From Cenococcum geophilum (Eukaryota): 64,000 nucleotides of DNA. A program made the position numbers and the translations under genes. Each line of letters begins with the position of its first letter. The stretch's first letter is position 1. The DNA lies in the NCBI GenBank assembly GCA_050273025.1, contig CP158635.1:31062001-31126000 (forward strand). The letters are read 5' to 3'. A model generated the notes under the pieces. The model saw only the letters and a program-made list of their open reading frames with translations. It ran no database searches and was not told the origin of the DNA. Positions 14,401 to 29,344 of the stretch are shown here, one piece after another.

Positions 14401-15366
14401 GATTACTATATTAATATAGAGACCCTCTTTTAGACACATATATCTACTATATATAGTAATAGTGGGGCTAATAATACTATATAGCTCCCAGATCTAAGGC
14501 CTAAGACTAAATAATAAGGTATTAGTAAAAAGCTCCCTAGCGCTACTAGCTAGGCTATAAAACTAGTACCTATATAGAACTATAGGGACTTATAGAAGAA
14601 TACTACGCGCTATATTAGAACGCGAATTAGCGGTTTTACTACTAGACTTATATATTAATATAACTACTATTTAGAGAATATTTAGAGTATAAGGCTACCT
14701 AGTAGAAGAAAATATATACTAAATACTAAAATATATATAAGGAATAAGACGTATATAAGAAGTAATGGCCTCTTAAAGAGGCGATATACCTAAGTATACT
14801 AGCTAGGAAGCCCTCTACCTATAGGTAAAGAGAGAAAAGGAAATATAGAAACTACTAGCTTATTAGATAAAGACCTACCGCCGCACTAGTAGAGCGCTAT
14901 TATAGCGATAGAGAATAAGAGGCCATTAGTATAGATAAAGATCTACTATACTTATTATAAGATAGGTAGATCTTAAATAAAAGCGATAATAGAAGGAGGT
15001 GGTAAAAATATAATATATAGCTATATAGAATACCTTATAGTTAATACTAATACTTCCTCTATATAAAGGACTAATAAAGGTAGAATTTATAGCCGTCTTC
15101 CTACTTTAGATAAAGGTCTTAAGCCTAAATATATAGCTAGTAAGTATCTATATTCTAAATACTATATCTTAATATACTTATAGATAGCCTATTTAGTTAG
15201 TATACTATATACTACTTTTCTATAGCTATCGCTTAGTAAGGGACTAGCTATTTACTAATATAGATATAAATAATATTACCTAAATACTCTCTATAAGTAG
15301 AGGCCTATAAGTAGTAGTAAAATAGCTATAGGCTAAGGAGTCCTTTAGTAGTTCTAAATGTTATAT
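8420..15366 (+). mobile_element. RIP-degraded near full-length Tad1-like LINE (ORF1, AP endonuclease, RT); 3' region continues at 27976-28293
   Basis: Endonuclease GDFN at about 10097 and IDL at about 10252; RT motif ITLEN at about 13595; interrupted by LTR elements. The 5' boundary is approximate. Confidence 0.75.
10659..13030 (+). mobile_element. Non-autonomous gag-only LTR retroelement (Copia-type gag inferred)
   Basis: 214-bp LTRs 10659-10872 and 12817-13030 with TG..CA ends; TSD AGTCC. Degenerate gag from ATG 11101 with zinc knuckle KCFICSKSG at about 12330. No pol. Confidence 0.85.
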
Positions 15367-18300
15367 TGTAACGGAACCTTATAGCAGGAACTACGATAGG
15401 CTCGTTAATGGGCTAGGTGTATAGGTGATGTAAGTTAAAGTTAACAAGTAATAATAACTGGTGGAGTGGTTGCCTAATAGATTAACTCTAATTATATTCT
15501 AAGAATTACTATAAAAAAGGAACTATCTAGGTAGGGACCGTGGTCCTTTAAATATACAACTATACCCCTAAGAAATCCTTCTTATACGTAATGTACGTCT
15601 TATACGCAAGGTACGTAAGTTTCTCTTGTTCCTCTTATTTAATACGTAGCATATTATATAACCTTGGTTACCATTCCTCGTTATATAGTTCTACCAGTTC
15701 CATCCTAGACTATGCCTAAATTAACTAACTAGCTTCTTCCGACTCTTCTCTAAGTAGTCGTAATATTATACTTAAAGCGTCCATAACACTATCTCCCTCC
15801 TCTTTATCTTCGTCCTTAAAGATCCTAAATATCTCTAGGTTGTTTACTAAAGGTATAATATCCGTCTAATTAATTTAGTTAATATTATTGCTTATTATAC
15901 CTAAAGTAATTTCTTCCTTATACGCCCAACGTCGTGCTCGCACTGTTGCTGTAATATTATCTCTTAGTAAGATTATGCTATCTCCGTATTCTCGCTGTTT
16001 AAAAGAGGGGTTAGTTTATATTACGTTAGCGAACCCTTTTTTGCAATAACTGTTCTCTTACTTAAAGTGCACTAAAGCAAACATTCGTTCGTCCTACGAC
16101 GTTCGCTCTACCTTTAATGCTAAATATACGCGACCTATTACTCTTAATAGTCGTCTAGTTCCCTAATTAATTTGTTTTAGGGTCTTATATTTAATCTACT
16201 GCTACGCGGCTAGATAGTAAACTGTCTTAAGCCCTTGCTAAATTAGAACGTTCTTAGGATGCGGAATAAAAGGCCCTAAATACTCGTATCGCGGCGTTTG
16301 CTCGTTTACTCCGTCTTAAAAAGGTTTATAAAAAGGTTCGTTCTAAAGAGTAGAAACTTATAGAATAGGGTCTATAGGAACTTAGTAATAAAAAAATAGA
16401 TTCTCCTCTAATAGAGAAGGAAATAGATCTAAGTAGTTCGGCAACTGCTCTTCTTAGGTCCCCCTTAGGTAACTTATTCTTTAGCGATCCTTCTTTATTA
16501 ATGCTGCCTAACCTAATTTCTTCCGATACTCCTATACCTTTTCTATAACATTCTTCAAATTCTTTAGTAGTTCCTAGGTAGTCTTATTATAGCCTATCTA
16601 CTTTACCTTATACTATATTTTGTCGTTAATGTCCTTATAACTAACAATCTTCAAAACTTACTATTCGTCTTCTTCTTATCCTCTATACGTGTCTGCTTTA
16701 TAAATTAGTGGCTTAATATTCCTATATACTGGCTCTAGCATTGCAATATGCTATATAGGGTAAATCTTTATTTTAGCTAGTAGGTCTAACTTAAATATAA
16801 CTAGTAAAATCCTTTATATAATTTCAAAAGGTCCTAGTCTAATATAGTCTAACTTCTTACTTAGTTATTAACTCTTGAAATTTTTGTATAGTAGCTACAC
16901 TTTATCTCCCTCCTTAAGATCTAGTCCCTTAGATCTCTTAGCATTATAGTACTTTTTTATTCTCTCTTATACTTTTCTTGCTAATTCTATAAGGTCTATA
17001 TAAAGATTTATTAACGTCTTTATTCTTTCTTTAGCTATGCTACTTATCTTCTTCGCTTACTATAGTAACAACGATATTCTTAGCTTATATCTATAATTCG
17101 CCTTAAATAGTAATATACCTATTCCTTTTTAAGGTGTTATATTATATGCAAATTATATAACTGGTAATAATAATACCCAATTGTTTTATACGTAATTAAT
17201 ATAGTGCCTTAAATACTGCTCTAGTGTCTAGTTTAATCTCTCCGTTTAACTGTCTATCTGCGGATAATATACAGTAGAAGTTGCTGCTTTAACTCCTTAC
17301 TCCGCTAAAAATACCTCCCAGAATACTGCTATAAATCTTAGATCTCTATCTAATATAATTTTACTTAGTGCTCTATATCTTATAAACACTTCCTTAATAT
17401 AGATTCTAGCGACATCTTCCGCTAAGATTTCTTCTATACACGCTATAAAGTATCCCTACTTTATAAGCTTATCTACTATTACTAAGATTGCGTTATAATC
17501 TTATCCGGTAATAAGATCTCTTAACTTTAGCAACTTAACAATAAAGTCCTATAATATAACCTCCTATAGTCTCTCTGGTGTTTTAATAGGTTGTAGCCCT
17601 CTGTATGGCTTATGCCTTATTAGTTTATTTCTTTAGCAATCTAGATATTCTTTTATAACTTTTTACGCTAATCCCTAGATTCTATTAATAATATACTCTT
17701 CCTAGAGTCTTAATACTAAGCCTATAGCTCTATTATATCCTTAAGTTATTCCCTTATAGAAATCTTTTATAAAATATTCTGCTATACTTCTTAGAATATA
17801 CTTAGCTTCTTAATTTTCGTATATATCCGTCTATAGATCTTCTAGCTGTGCTTTTAGAATTTTTTATACCTAAAAGCTTTCCGGTATCTTGTAAACTCTT
17901 TTTAGTTCTTCCTAAGTTGCTATAATCTTTAGATAATTATACCTAATTAATCCATCTATATCTTTTCGCAGTAAAGCCCCTAATGGCTTCTTATTATTCT
18001 ATAGTTTAGCTTTTTAACTTAGAGCGTCTGCTCTCGTGTTATCCGTACCCTTAGTATACTAAATCTTAAAATAGTATTCTGCAAGTATCTCCGCCCATTT
18101 AACCTATCTTTAGTTAAGTTCCTTTATTATTAGAAATCCTATTAGGTTCTTATAATCTATCTTAACTATAAATAGTTTTTCTATACCTTATAAGAATGCT
18201 CTTTATTTCTTTAGTACTGTAACTATACCTAATAACTCCTTATTGTAAATGTTATAGTTTAACTCTAGTAGTATTATTTTTCGACTGTAATATGCCACTA

Positions 18301-21300
18301 GGTGCTATCTATCTTAATATTTCTATATAAAGCACGCCCCTAGTATATAGTCTAATATATCTATTTTTACAACCGTCTTTAGTCCTAGTTAATAGATCTT
18401 AAGAACTAGCTCCTAGGTAAATAACTCCTTAACTTATTTAAATAGCTTCTATTACTCCTCTCCCCATACCTATAGTTCTTCTTTCTTCTTTAATTGCGTA
18501 AATAGCTTAATGTTTTTTAACTACTGCGCTATAAACCTTCTGTAGTAATTATAAAACCCTAAGAATAATCTTAACTATATAACGTTCTCTAGTTCTTATT
18601 AATTCACTATAGCCTTAATCTTCTTTAGATCTATACTAAGTTGGCCTAGTTTAATAATAAATCCAATAAAATTTGTCTTCCTAGTAAAGAACTTGCATTT
18701 TTTAATCGCTACTAGCATTTATTCTTCTTATAGTCTCTTTAAAACCTATTTAACGTATTCCCCGTATTCTTCCTTAGTTATTAAGTAGATAATAATATTG
18801 TCAAGGTATACTATAACAAATTCATTTAAGTGTTCTCCTAATATATTGTTAATACGCTTCTAAAACGTTACTAGTGCGTTTATAAGCCTAAATTGTATAA
18901 CTAATAGTTTATACAATCTTTCCTTTAATCTAAAAGCTGCTTTCTATTTGTCGCCTTCCTTAATTTTAATCTAATAGTACGCCCATCTTAGATCTATCTT
19001 TGTAAAGATTTACGTATTACCTATCCTATCTTAGATTTCGCTAATTAAGGGTAAAGGATACCTATCCTTCCTAGTAATGCTGTTTAACTATCTATAGTTA
19101 TATATAGCCTTAGTTTACCATTTTTCTTTAGTACAAATAGTACTGGATATCCCGCTAATAACTGCGATAGTCTAATATATCCTTTTTATAGGTTTTCCTG
19201 GATAAACTCTTTTAATACTCTACCTTCTTCTTCGGTAAGCTTATAGATTAGAAAGAACTTTAGACTTATTCCTAGTTCTAATTCTATCTTATAGTCCTAT
19301 GCTATATACTTTAACAGCTTTTTACTTTCTAATAACTATAGTTTTTTGCCGTACTTATGGTATCTTTTTAGTACGTAACTTAAGCCTCACTTAGTCTCCT
19401 TATATATCGCTCCGACTTAGTACCATACTAACTTAGCCTATTATTGCATCTTACGGCGTTAAGTATTCCTAATATTAACTTAACCTATAACCTAATTAAT
19501 CTTTAGATTGTATTCCTGTAACTAAGGCATTCCTAGTACTGCCTTATTATTTCCTAATGGTAATATATTAAAAGACATCTTAATTTATCTCCCTTTAATG
19601 GTTAACTAAATAGGTCCTGTTTTAAGACTAATAATCCCTCCTCCGTAGGTTATTAGATCTCCTAAAATTATTACTAATAGGTAAGGCTTTTCCTTCTATC
19701 TATAAGGTAGTCCCATTCTCTTAACTACTGCTAGTAAGATATGGTTCCTTATTACTCCACTATCTATTAATACTTTAAACTGCTAATCTTGCCATTTAAC
19801 TTATAAATTTAGGTGTTAACTTTGAATTCCTTTAAGGGTCTAAGGCTCTACTACTAGCTCCCTCTAGTCCTGTAGGCCTCTACTTTTCCTAACTATTAGC
19901 TGCTTAATCCTATTTATACTTAGTCCAACTTAAGCCAATACTTAGTTCGCTTTTTATCTTTAATATACTATAAATATATATTCTCTAGGTATTCCCACCA
20001 CTATTATTTATCTAGGCATTCTTCCATAAGGAATCTTTTTAGCTAAAGTATTAAGTCTTCTAACTCCTAAACTTCTACTAGATGCCAGCTATATATATAC
20101 TTAGCGTTCCGGTATTTCTATTCCTTAGTTATCTAATATATTCTTATAGGATATTTCTAATGCTTATCCTTTGGTGCTCTGTGTATATTATATATATTAT
20201 CTATATATGCAATCCACGTTAATATATAATGTGCTAGGTGCTTTAGGTTAACTCTTAGCTTATCCCCGTCCTTAAGTTTAAACCTCTCTTATATTAATCT
20301 AAACGTTGCGACTTTATTTATAGGTACTAAGATACGTCTCTCGCTTCTCTAGTTCTCTAAACGCTCCTCTAGATCTCTTAATATTATAATTAAGGCTCCC
20401 TTAATGTAACTCATTGCCTTTTCCGTAATTGGGTGGTCTTAAATAACTTTCTCATCTAACCACATATAGAAATCTTCCCACTTATCGTTGTGCCTTTGCC
20501 TATACCACTTTTGGTATAGCTGCTAGAGTATATACAGCTCGTCCATAAGGAAGTATCTTCTTATTACTGCGTTATAACAGCCCTTTATATATCGTTCCTT
20601 AAACCTAGTTAAAATCCCTAGATCCTCTTCTTGTTCCAGTTTAGTAAGCCACTTAGCTCTTAGTGTGCCTACCCTAGGCCTATTAGTAATTCTTTATATA
20701 GGTGCTCTATCCTTAGTACGTCCTAATATACTAGATCTCTTATCTAGTTTCTATTCTTACCATAAGGTAATTCTTGCTCAAAACTCCTCTATAGTTTCTT
20801 TTCCTTTACATCTTATAAGTAGATCCTTAAAGTCTTCTTACTTCTTAATCTTAATATTAGTCTTCCGATCCTTAGTCCAAACACTATATTCTACTAGTAA
20901 GTCCTCTAAGTCTATATATCTGTCTCCTAGTCTAGTTGCTATTTATGCTACAGATTCTCTAATCTATTTAATAGTCCTTATTCGTTGCTTAAAATCTTAG
21001 TTCTATAGGATTCTCAATCCTAAGCTCGCTTCTAACTTAAGCTTTACTTCAGCCTTAGTCTATCTAGGCTTGCTTAGTGTTCTTATTTTATCTTAAGAGT
21101 CTTAAATCTCACTTATCTCGTCTTAAGAGTCTTATGCCTATAGGAAACTCTATCCCAAGCTTATTCGTATATCTTTAAACTAAGCTACTGCCCTGCTCTA
21201 TCGGTTTCTATCTATTATAGGTTCTTAGGTATACCTTATCTCATCTTAAGAATCTTAGTCGTCTCTTATCTTATCTTAAGAATCTTAAGCCTTTAGCCTT

Positions 21301-24300
21301 TTGCCTTTACCAAGTGCCAAAGTAGTTCGCTGTCCTACTTCTCTTACGTCTCGCAAAGCGATAGATATTATGTCTAGTGGGGTCCTAATCCCTACTAATA
21401 TTCCCTATTCTATAGTGGAATTATCCTTTACTTTTATTATAACATCTCTAAGGTTTACGTGCTTCTAGTAAGCCGCCTTTATTACCTTATCGTTACGGAA
21501 TGTTTCGCCTATGTTAAAGTTATCGTCCTTAATGTCCGATCTACGAACTAGTTTATTGGTTCCTCTATACTATATAGATTTTAGCTTCTATAGCTAATAG
21601 CCTACGCTATACTTAGTGTCTTTATAAATTTAGTATACGTTATTATAATAAAACGCGAAACTTTTAATTAAATACTCTTTTATTCCTCGCAGTACACTAT
21701 TATCCCTCTGTATATATATATCTTCTACTATTAGTCTTATTCCCTTTATTATATAGTAACTGTTACAGCTCGTACAAATGCCTCTAAACCGAAGCTTGTA
21801 GAATGCTATATTATGAAGATACTAAGCTAAGGAGCAGAAGAAGGTTGAGGAAAGGATACGTCTATATATACGAGCCAAGTCTCCAAGCGAGCCCCTAACT
21901 AGGCTGCATGTAGACGTCGCATAGGGCGGTGCCCCAGCGCCGTTATATTACCCCCCTCTTCCAAAAAAGCCTGCCCTTAGGCTTTAGCCCCTCATAGAGA
22001 AGAAAGAGAAAAGAAAAAAAATCTTGTATCTGGCGCTTGATCGCGATGCTAGTTAATATAGGACTTACAGCAGTCCTGCAGCTCCTGCTGCTGCGAGGTA
22101 TATTACTATACCTAGTTGACGTAGGGCAGGCAGCCGTCCTGCAGCTCCTACTGCAGCGAGGGGTCTATTGCTAGGAGCCCTCCGTTAGTTATTATTCCTC
22201 CTCCCTCCTCCTAGGACTCCGGTACCTCCTAGCTATACTCTCCCCCCTTTTATTATAGCGCGCCCCAAGCCATAAAAAAAGCCCCCCTAACTCCCTCTTA
22301 AAAAAGTAGGCGTAAAGGTTTAATAAGGGTGGGAGGGTTAGGGAGTTACTTATATACATATCGGCACGAGTTCTTGTCCGTTTAGTAGCAGTATAGTGCT
22401 AGCAACAGGTCGTTCAGGTAGCAGTATAATGCTAGTAATAGGGTTATATTCTAGGGAGTAAAGCTCTACCTAGTTATATTTAGGTCGCAGGCGTATTAGC
22501 GCAACGGGTTGTTAGGGTATAGTTCCGCAAGTATATCGGCACGGTGTCTTATTAGTGGTGGTTCGCAGGCGTATTAGCGCGGTAACTTATTAGGATTATA
22601 GCAGTACAGTGCTAGTAACGGGCCGTATTTTAGGGAGTAAAGCTCTACCTTATATATAGGTGTTACCGCAGGCAGAGCAGTAAAAGTTGGTTAGCTATAG
22701 GCAGAGTAGCAAAAGTCAGCTAGCTACTAATAAAGCAGCGAGGGTTAGTTGGCTGCAGGTAGAGCAGTAAGGGTCTATTATAATAGCAGGCATATTAGCG
22801 CTATTATTTAGTTAGGTTTGCATTTAAATTATATTCGGGTATTATTTAAATTGCATTTAGGTCGCAGGCGGATCGCAGGCGTAACGGCACGATTGGTCTA
22901 TTGGTTAGACTGTAGGCGTAGCAGCATAGTTATTATTAGGTTATAATAGCAGGCGTATTAGCGCTATTATTGTCTAGTTGGTTAGTTATAGGTAGAGCAG
23001 CAAGGTATTATCTAGTTAGGTAGTAGTATGGTACTAGCGTTAGGTAGTAATAGTAGGTTAAACATTTGGAGCTCAATCTATTAGTTAGCTAGTGGATTAC
23101 AGGCATATTAGCACGATTAGTCGGTTGGGTATATATTTAAATTACGTTTAGGTTATATTTGAATCGCATTTAGATTGCAGGCGTATCGGCGCAATTGTTT
23201 AATTAGTTGGCTGTAGGCAGAGCAGCAAGGTATCAGTTCTTATGGCAGTGTAGTGCTAGCATTAGGTGGTAATAGTAGGTTAAGCATAGAGCTCGTCTAT
23301 TAATAGGTTGTAGTTCTATAAGCGTATCGGCGCGAAGCTTATTAATTTAGGTAGTAGTACGGTGCTAGCGGCGGGGTCGTATTCTAAGGGGCAAAGCTCT
23401 CCCTTATATATAGTTATTACTACAGGCGGGGCAGTAGAAGTCGGTTGTAAACTGCAGGTAGAGCAGCAATGGTCTATTATAGTGCTGTAAGCGAGGCAGT
23501 AGAAGATGGTTCGCCGCAGGCAGAGCAGCGGAGGTTAAATTAGTATTAGCTGTAGGCAGAGTAGCTAGAGTTAATTATAGTACTGCGAGCAAGGCAGTAA
23601 GGTATTAGTTAGCTGTAGGCGGAGTAGTAGGTGTTAATAGTAATACTATAGGCAAAGTAGTAGAAGGTTAATTAGGTTACTATAGGTAGAGTAGTAGGTG
23701 GTTTATTATAATAGCAGTACGGTGCAAGCGTTAAGTGGTAATAGTTGGTTAAATATTTAGAGCTTAGTCTATTAGCTGGTTAATAGATCGTAGGTATAGT
23801 AGCATAATTATTAGTTAATAGATCGCAGGCGTAATGGCGCGATTGTTATCGTAGTAGTACGCAATAGCAGTTATATCGGCATAATTATCTCGTTTATAGA
23901 TCACGGGCATATTAGCGCAATCGTTTAGTTGTTAGACTGTAGGCGTAGAGGTATAGTTATTATTAGGTTGGCGTAGGGCATATAGCCGTCCTGTTGCTGC
24001 GAGGGGTATATATTGCTAGGAGCCCTCTATGGTTGTTGTTCCTCTTAAAACTCTAGTACCTCCTTAGCTCTACTACCCCCTCCTTTAATATAGCGCGCCC
24101 TAAGCCATAGAAAAAAGAAATATAGCTCGTATACGTATTAGTATAAGCTTTTGTCTATTCGGTAGTAGTATAGTGCTAGCGTCTAATAGTAGATAGCAGG
24201 CATATCGGCGCTATTATTGGTCGATTAATTGTAGGCATAACGGCATAATTAGTTAATCAGTTTGCATTTAAATTGTATTTAAATTGTATTTAGATCGCAG

Positions 24301-27300
24301 GCGTAATGGCGCGATTATTATCCAGTTTGTTTAAATTAATTTTATTATTAAAGCTTATACAGCTTAGTATTAACCTTATTATTGGAGTGTATAAATGCTT
24401 AAGGTAAAGCTTATATAACTTAGTATTAACTATAGTCGTTCCTTAGTATACGTAGCTTAGTATTAGTTAAAAAGGATTACCGTAGGTAGAGAAGAAGACG
24501 ATTAAATTGGTTAGGGAGGCAGTCGATTGTTAATAAACTCATACAGTTATTATTAAAGTCGTAGTTCGTATCGCAGGTATATTGGCATGACGGTCGGTCG
24601 GGTTTGTATTTAAATTGCGTTTGGGTCGCATTTGAATCGCATTTAAATTGCAGGCGTAACGGCATAATCCATCTATTGGTTTCTTGAGGTCTACTATTAA
24701 TTAGTAGGTAGTTTAAGACATTATCGGTTATTTGAAGGTACGCTATAAAGTTAACAGGCGTATTTGAATACTTAGATTTGATTAAGGATATCGCTGTAAG
24801 TAGCAGATATTTAGGATTAATTAAGAACTTATAGGAATGCTGTTGTGACTTAGTATATTAAATCGTTGTTAGAGGTATTAAAAGAGGTATTAAGAGGGTA
24901 CGTGTTAATATTTTAATTCTTATTAAAGGGTTAAAGGTATTAAAGAAAGAGTACGCTTTAATATTTGAGTATAGTTGTATAAGGGTAAGCTGTTATATAG
25001 CGTTTAATTTAATAAGATGCTATTAGAGAGCAGATTCGCATATTATTATTTAAGGAGGACTACCGTTAAGTAGTAGGCAGTTTAAAGGTAGTTAACAAAT
25101 AGTATTAAAAGTGTATATACTAAGGCGTACGTGTTAATATTTTAATTCTTATTAACGATTAGCAAGACATACTTTTATAATGGTAGGCTGTCTCGTTTAT
25201 AAAAGGTCGTATAAAAGGCTATTAAGAGAAACGCGTTAATAGTTCGTAAGAGGTTATAGAGATAAATAGGCTTATCTACAAAGCTGTTAGAGAGTGCCAT
25301 AAATTGGAATAATTCTCCTAATCTGTTCTCCTGATTAAGAGTGCTATAAATTACTTAAATTCTCCCCTAGGTTCTTAGTACCCCTATATATAGAATGTAG
25401 ATATATTCGGCCGTAAGATTAAGGGACTACTTAGGTCAATAGTAAGGTTCGGGTCAATTACGTACGGTGGTTATTAATAAGAACTTAACGGGTGTCTATA
25501 AGGGCGTTTATAAATAAGTTAAAGAGTTGTGTCGTAGGCATATTAGCGCGATAGGTTATTAGGTTTAGGGTTTTAGGGTAGTAGTACGGTGCTAGTAAGT
25601 CCTTCCTAATTAATTTCATCTCTCCTTATATAGCTTAGTATTAATTAGGGTAGTTATTATAGTATAGTCTATGCCAAAGAATATAGGTAGAATTTATTTT
25701 AGAGGACTTCGCGGATAATATACATCTACCGCCTAATAGTATGGCGCGGGTTATAAGTTAGCTTATTTTGGCCATTGGCCCGAACCTAATGCATACTAAA
25801 GGACTTTACGGATAATATACACCTACCGCCCAATGGCACGGCTTAGGTTATATCTTGGCTTGTCTTAGCCAATACTGCGGGATTAGTGCTAGGCTTAGTA
25901 ATAGGATCACTATATCGTTCTCCGTAGTACTAGGCTAAGTCTTAACCGAGGTCGTCTCTATAGCTCGTACAACTCCGTATTAGTTAAAAAGGTTAGGGGG
26001 GTAAGATATTCTTACCTTTCTAGGTAGTTGTTTTTATCTACAGGAGACCTTCTAGCTGCTTAAATACCGGCTCCTAGTATTAATGATAGCGACTTAATGC
26101 GTTAACGACGCGTAGCTAGGGGTGTTTAACGCGTGTCCCCTTAGAACACGCGGAACGGGGGTAGGAGATTATCCAGGCCTTCCTAGGCGAGGTAAAGAGG
26201 GAGCTCCAAATAAATAAAGTCCCCCCTAGGTGGGTGAGCTTAGTATAATGTTACGGCTCGTACAAATGCCTCTAAACCAAAGCTTGTAGAATGCTGTATT
26301 ACGAAGATACTAAGCTAAGGAGCAGAAGAAGGTTAAGGAAAGGATACGTCTATATACACGAGCCAAGTCTCCAAGCGAGCCCCTAACTAGGCTGCATGTA
26401 GACGTCGCATGGGGCGGTGCCCCAGCGCCGTTACAGTAACTCTAACTATCTTTGTAATCCCTTATAAAATAACCTTATTTCCCGCAATTTATATAAGCTC
26501 TATTTTTAAACTATTAACTTTACTATAGAGTCCGCCTAAACGTCTTCTGCTGCTAAGATCCCTAGTTTAACCTCTGCTTTTTAGTCCTATAATTACTAGA
26601 TCCTTAACCTCTAGGTTTTTACAGTTTCTTACTCTATCTCTTATAGGCTTCTTTAGTACCACTTAGGTCTATTAGCTCTGCGCCATACTATAGTTTCTAA
26701 CTTAGCTTTGGTTATTGCGTACTCTATATCTTATATAACTATAAAACTCTGTCTTAACTTCTCTTAGCCTACTCCCTTTAGTAGATCTAATTGTTAATCT
26801 TAATCGCTTAATCTATTAAATCCCTTAGGGTGTCCGTATCTTCTATTAGGATAATCACGTCCTAGACTTTAGCCTTAAGTCCTTATTTATACTGTGCCAT
26901 AAGCGCCTTATTATTCTACTCTACTTATATTACCAGCGTCTGGAACTATATTGTGTACTTAATTGCTAATATTCGTTACGTAATGTCTTAGAGTTTTCTT
27001 TCCGCAGTGGTTACCGCCTCCGGGTCTCTAAATATTTATATAAGTTGCTCTGCAAATCCTTCCTAGCTTAAGAACATAAACTATACCTCTTAGTTAGTAG
27101 TCATTGTTCTATTTATCTGTATTTCTATAAGGTAAGGCTTAAACTATTTAAGTGCTCTTCCTAATAGGAATAGTCCTACATAGGCTATTTGATCTATAGG
27201 TGTTGGTAGCTTTACCCCTTCTTATGTGACTTTAAAGTGCATTTGCGTAAGAAATCCCTTAAGCTTCGTTCTTTCTTCTGAGAATCTCTTAATTAATAGT

Positions 27301-27970
27301 AACTTAACCTTTACTACTCCTATCCTATTAACCCTTTCCTCTAACGCTGCATTGTTTGCTATTAACTAGTCAATTACCTCTTGTAACTGTCCGACCGTTA
27401 TAAGTTGCTAAGAGTTAGTGTCCGCTATACTGGTATCCCCTTCTAACCTTAAAGTAGTTGCCGCCGTTAATGGCGTTATGGTGGTGGCTGCTTTTAGTGG
27501 CATATTGTTTAACTTTCTGTACTTAATACTATAACTAGGTAGTAATTATATAATGGAACCTTATAGCAGGAACTACAATAGGCTTATTAATAGGCTAGGT
27601 ATATAGGTAATGCAAGTTAAAGTTAATAAGTAATAATAACTGGTGGAGTGGTTGCCTAATAGATTAACTCTAATTGTATTCTAAGAATTACTATAAGGAA
27701 GGAACTATCTAGGTAGGGACCGTGATCCTTTAAATACACAACTGTACCCCTAAGAAATCCTTCTTATACGTGATGTACGTCTTATACGCGAGGTACGTAA
27801 GTTCCTCTCGTTCCTCTTGTTTAATACGTAGCACATTATATGACCTTAGTTACCATTCCTTATTACATAGTTCTACCGGTTCCATCCTAGACCGTGCCTA
27901 AATTAACTAACTAGCTTCTTCCGACTCTTCTCCAAGTAGTCGTAATATTGTACTTAAAGCGTCCGTAATA
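15367..27970 (-). mobile_element. Full-length RIP-degraded Ty3/Gypsy (chromovirus-like) retrotransposon, copy 1
   Basis: 422-bp LTRs 15367-15788 and 27549-27970; TSD TATAT; polypurine tract next to 15789. gag ATG about 27503, protease IDSG about 19765, RT YLDN (YLDD) about 18800, RNase H, integrase, and chromodomain-like tail about 16540-16690. Confidence 0.95.
21761..26435 (-). mobile_element. LARD-like LTR element nested in the gag of Gypsy copy 1
   Basis: 187-bp LTRs 21761-21947 and 26249-26435; TSD GTAAC; PPT complement TTACCCCCCTCTTCC after the left LTR. Repetitive interior with no recognisable RT or integrase. Confidence 0.9.
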
Positions 27971-29007
27971 TATATAAGATCTAATAGAAGGACACTAAAG
28001 GATACGCCCTCTTTTAGCCCTTAGAGACTAAATACCCCTATCTAGCCGTAGTTAGTACGTTAGCGAATTACTAAATACTTCTATTACCCCCTCTAGATCT
28101 TCTAATATACTTAGATAGAATAGTATATAAGGTAGACCTAAAGATATAAAGATATATTAGTTTAGTAAAGGTAAAACGTATAGGACTAGCTAAAAGGAAA
28201 TACTTAGGTTTTTCTTTCTTATAGGGCCTTTTCCTATATAGAAAGGTATAAGTATATAGACCTAAAAAGGGACTAAATTGGGCAATAAATAGAAATAATA
28301 TAATAATTATATACTTAAGCTTAAAGCTTAATATAAAGTTTTAAAGCTCTTTATAAATATTTATATATTTATATATCTATTATAAGGTATATTACCTAGG
28401 GTATATAGTAGGGAGGAGGTAAGCTAAGTAAGGGTTATGGGGAGTTAATAGAAGAGGATAATATAGTAAAGAGTATAGGTATAGCCTTAAAGGAAGAGAC
28501 AAACCGATAAGAAGAGTAAGGAGGGCTATAAGCCTAAGGAGCTTATACTTAAGTAAGGGATAAAATATTCCTTATATCTATATAAATACTTATATAAATA
28601 AATAAATCTATTAAATCTATTTATTGCCTAATTTAGTCCCTATTTAGGTGTTTATAGGCTTTTACCTTTCTATATAAAAAAAGGTCTTTTAAGGGGAAAA
28701 ACCTAAGTATTTCCTTTTAGATAGTACTACGCGTTTTACTTTTATCTAGCTAATATATCTTTATATCTTTAGGTCTACCTTATATACTATACTTTTTAGA
28801 TATATTAAAAGATTTAAAGGGGGGTTTATAGGGGTATCTAGTAATTTACTAGCGTACTACTTATAGCTAGATGGGGGTATTTAGTCTCTAAGGGGCTAAA
28901 AGGGGGCATATCCTTTAGTGTCCTCCTATTAGATCTTATATAATATTTAAAACTACTAGAGGACTCCTTAATCTATAGCTATTTTACTATTACTTATAGG
29001 TCCCTAC

Positions 29008-29214
29008 TATTACGGCAACTTAGTTAATTAAGGCACTAGTATAGCATAAAGTAACGACGTAAGCCTATATAATTAGTAGTTTATAGACTTAGATATTAAA
29101 ATAAGGAGTAAAAAAAGGTAGTAAAAAGGATACGTCTATATATATAGAGGAGCTAAGCCTTTAGCCGACCCCTAATTAAGCCCCCTATCCAAGTTATGCG
29201 TTAATGCTATAATA
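29008..29214. mobile_element. Solo LTR
   Basis: RIP-altered TGTTACGGC...TAACA ends; TSD CCTAC. Shares AAGGATACGTCTATATATA with the LTRs of 21761-26435. Confidence 0.85.
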
Positions 29215-29344
29215 CCTACTTATAGAGAGTATAGGTAATATTATTTATATCTATACTAGTAAATAGCTAGTCCCTTACTAAGCGATAGCTATAGAAAAGT
29301 AGTATATAGTATACTAACTAAATAGGCTATCTATAAGTATATTA

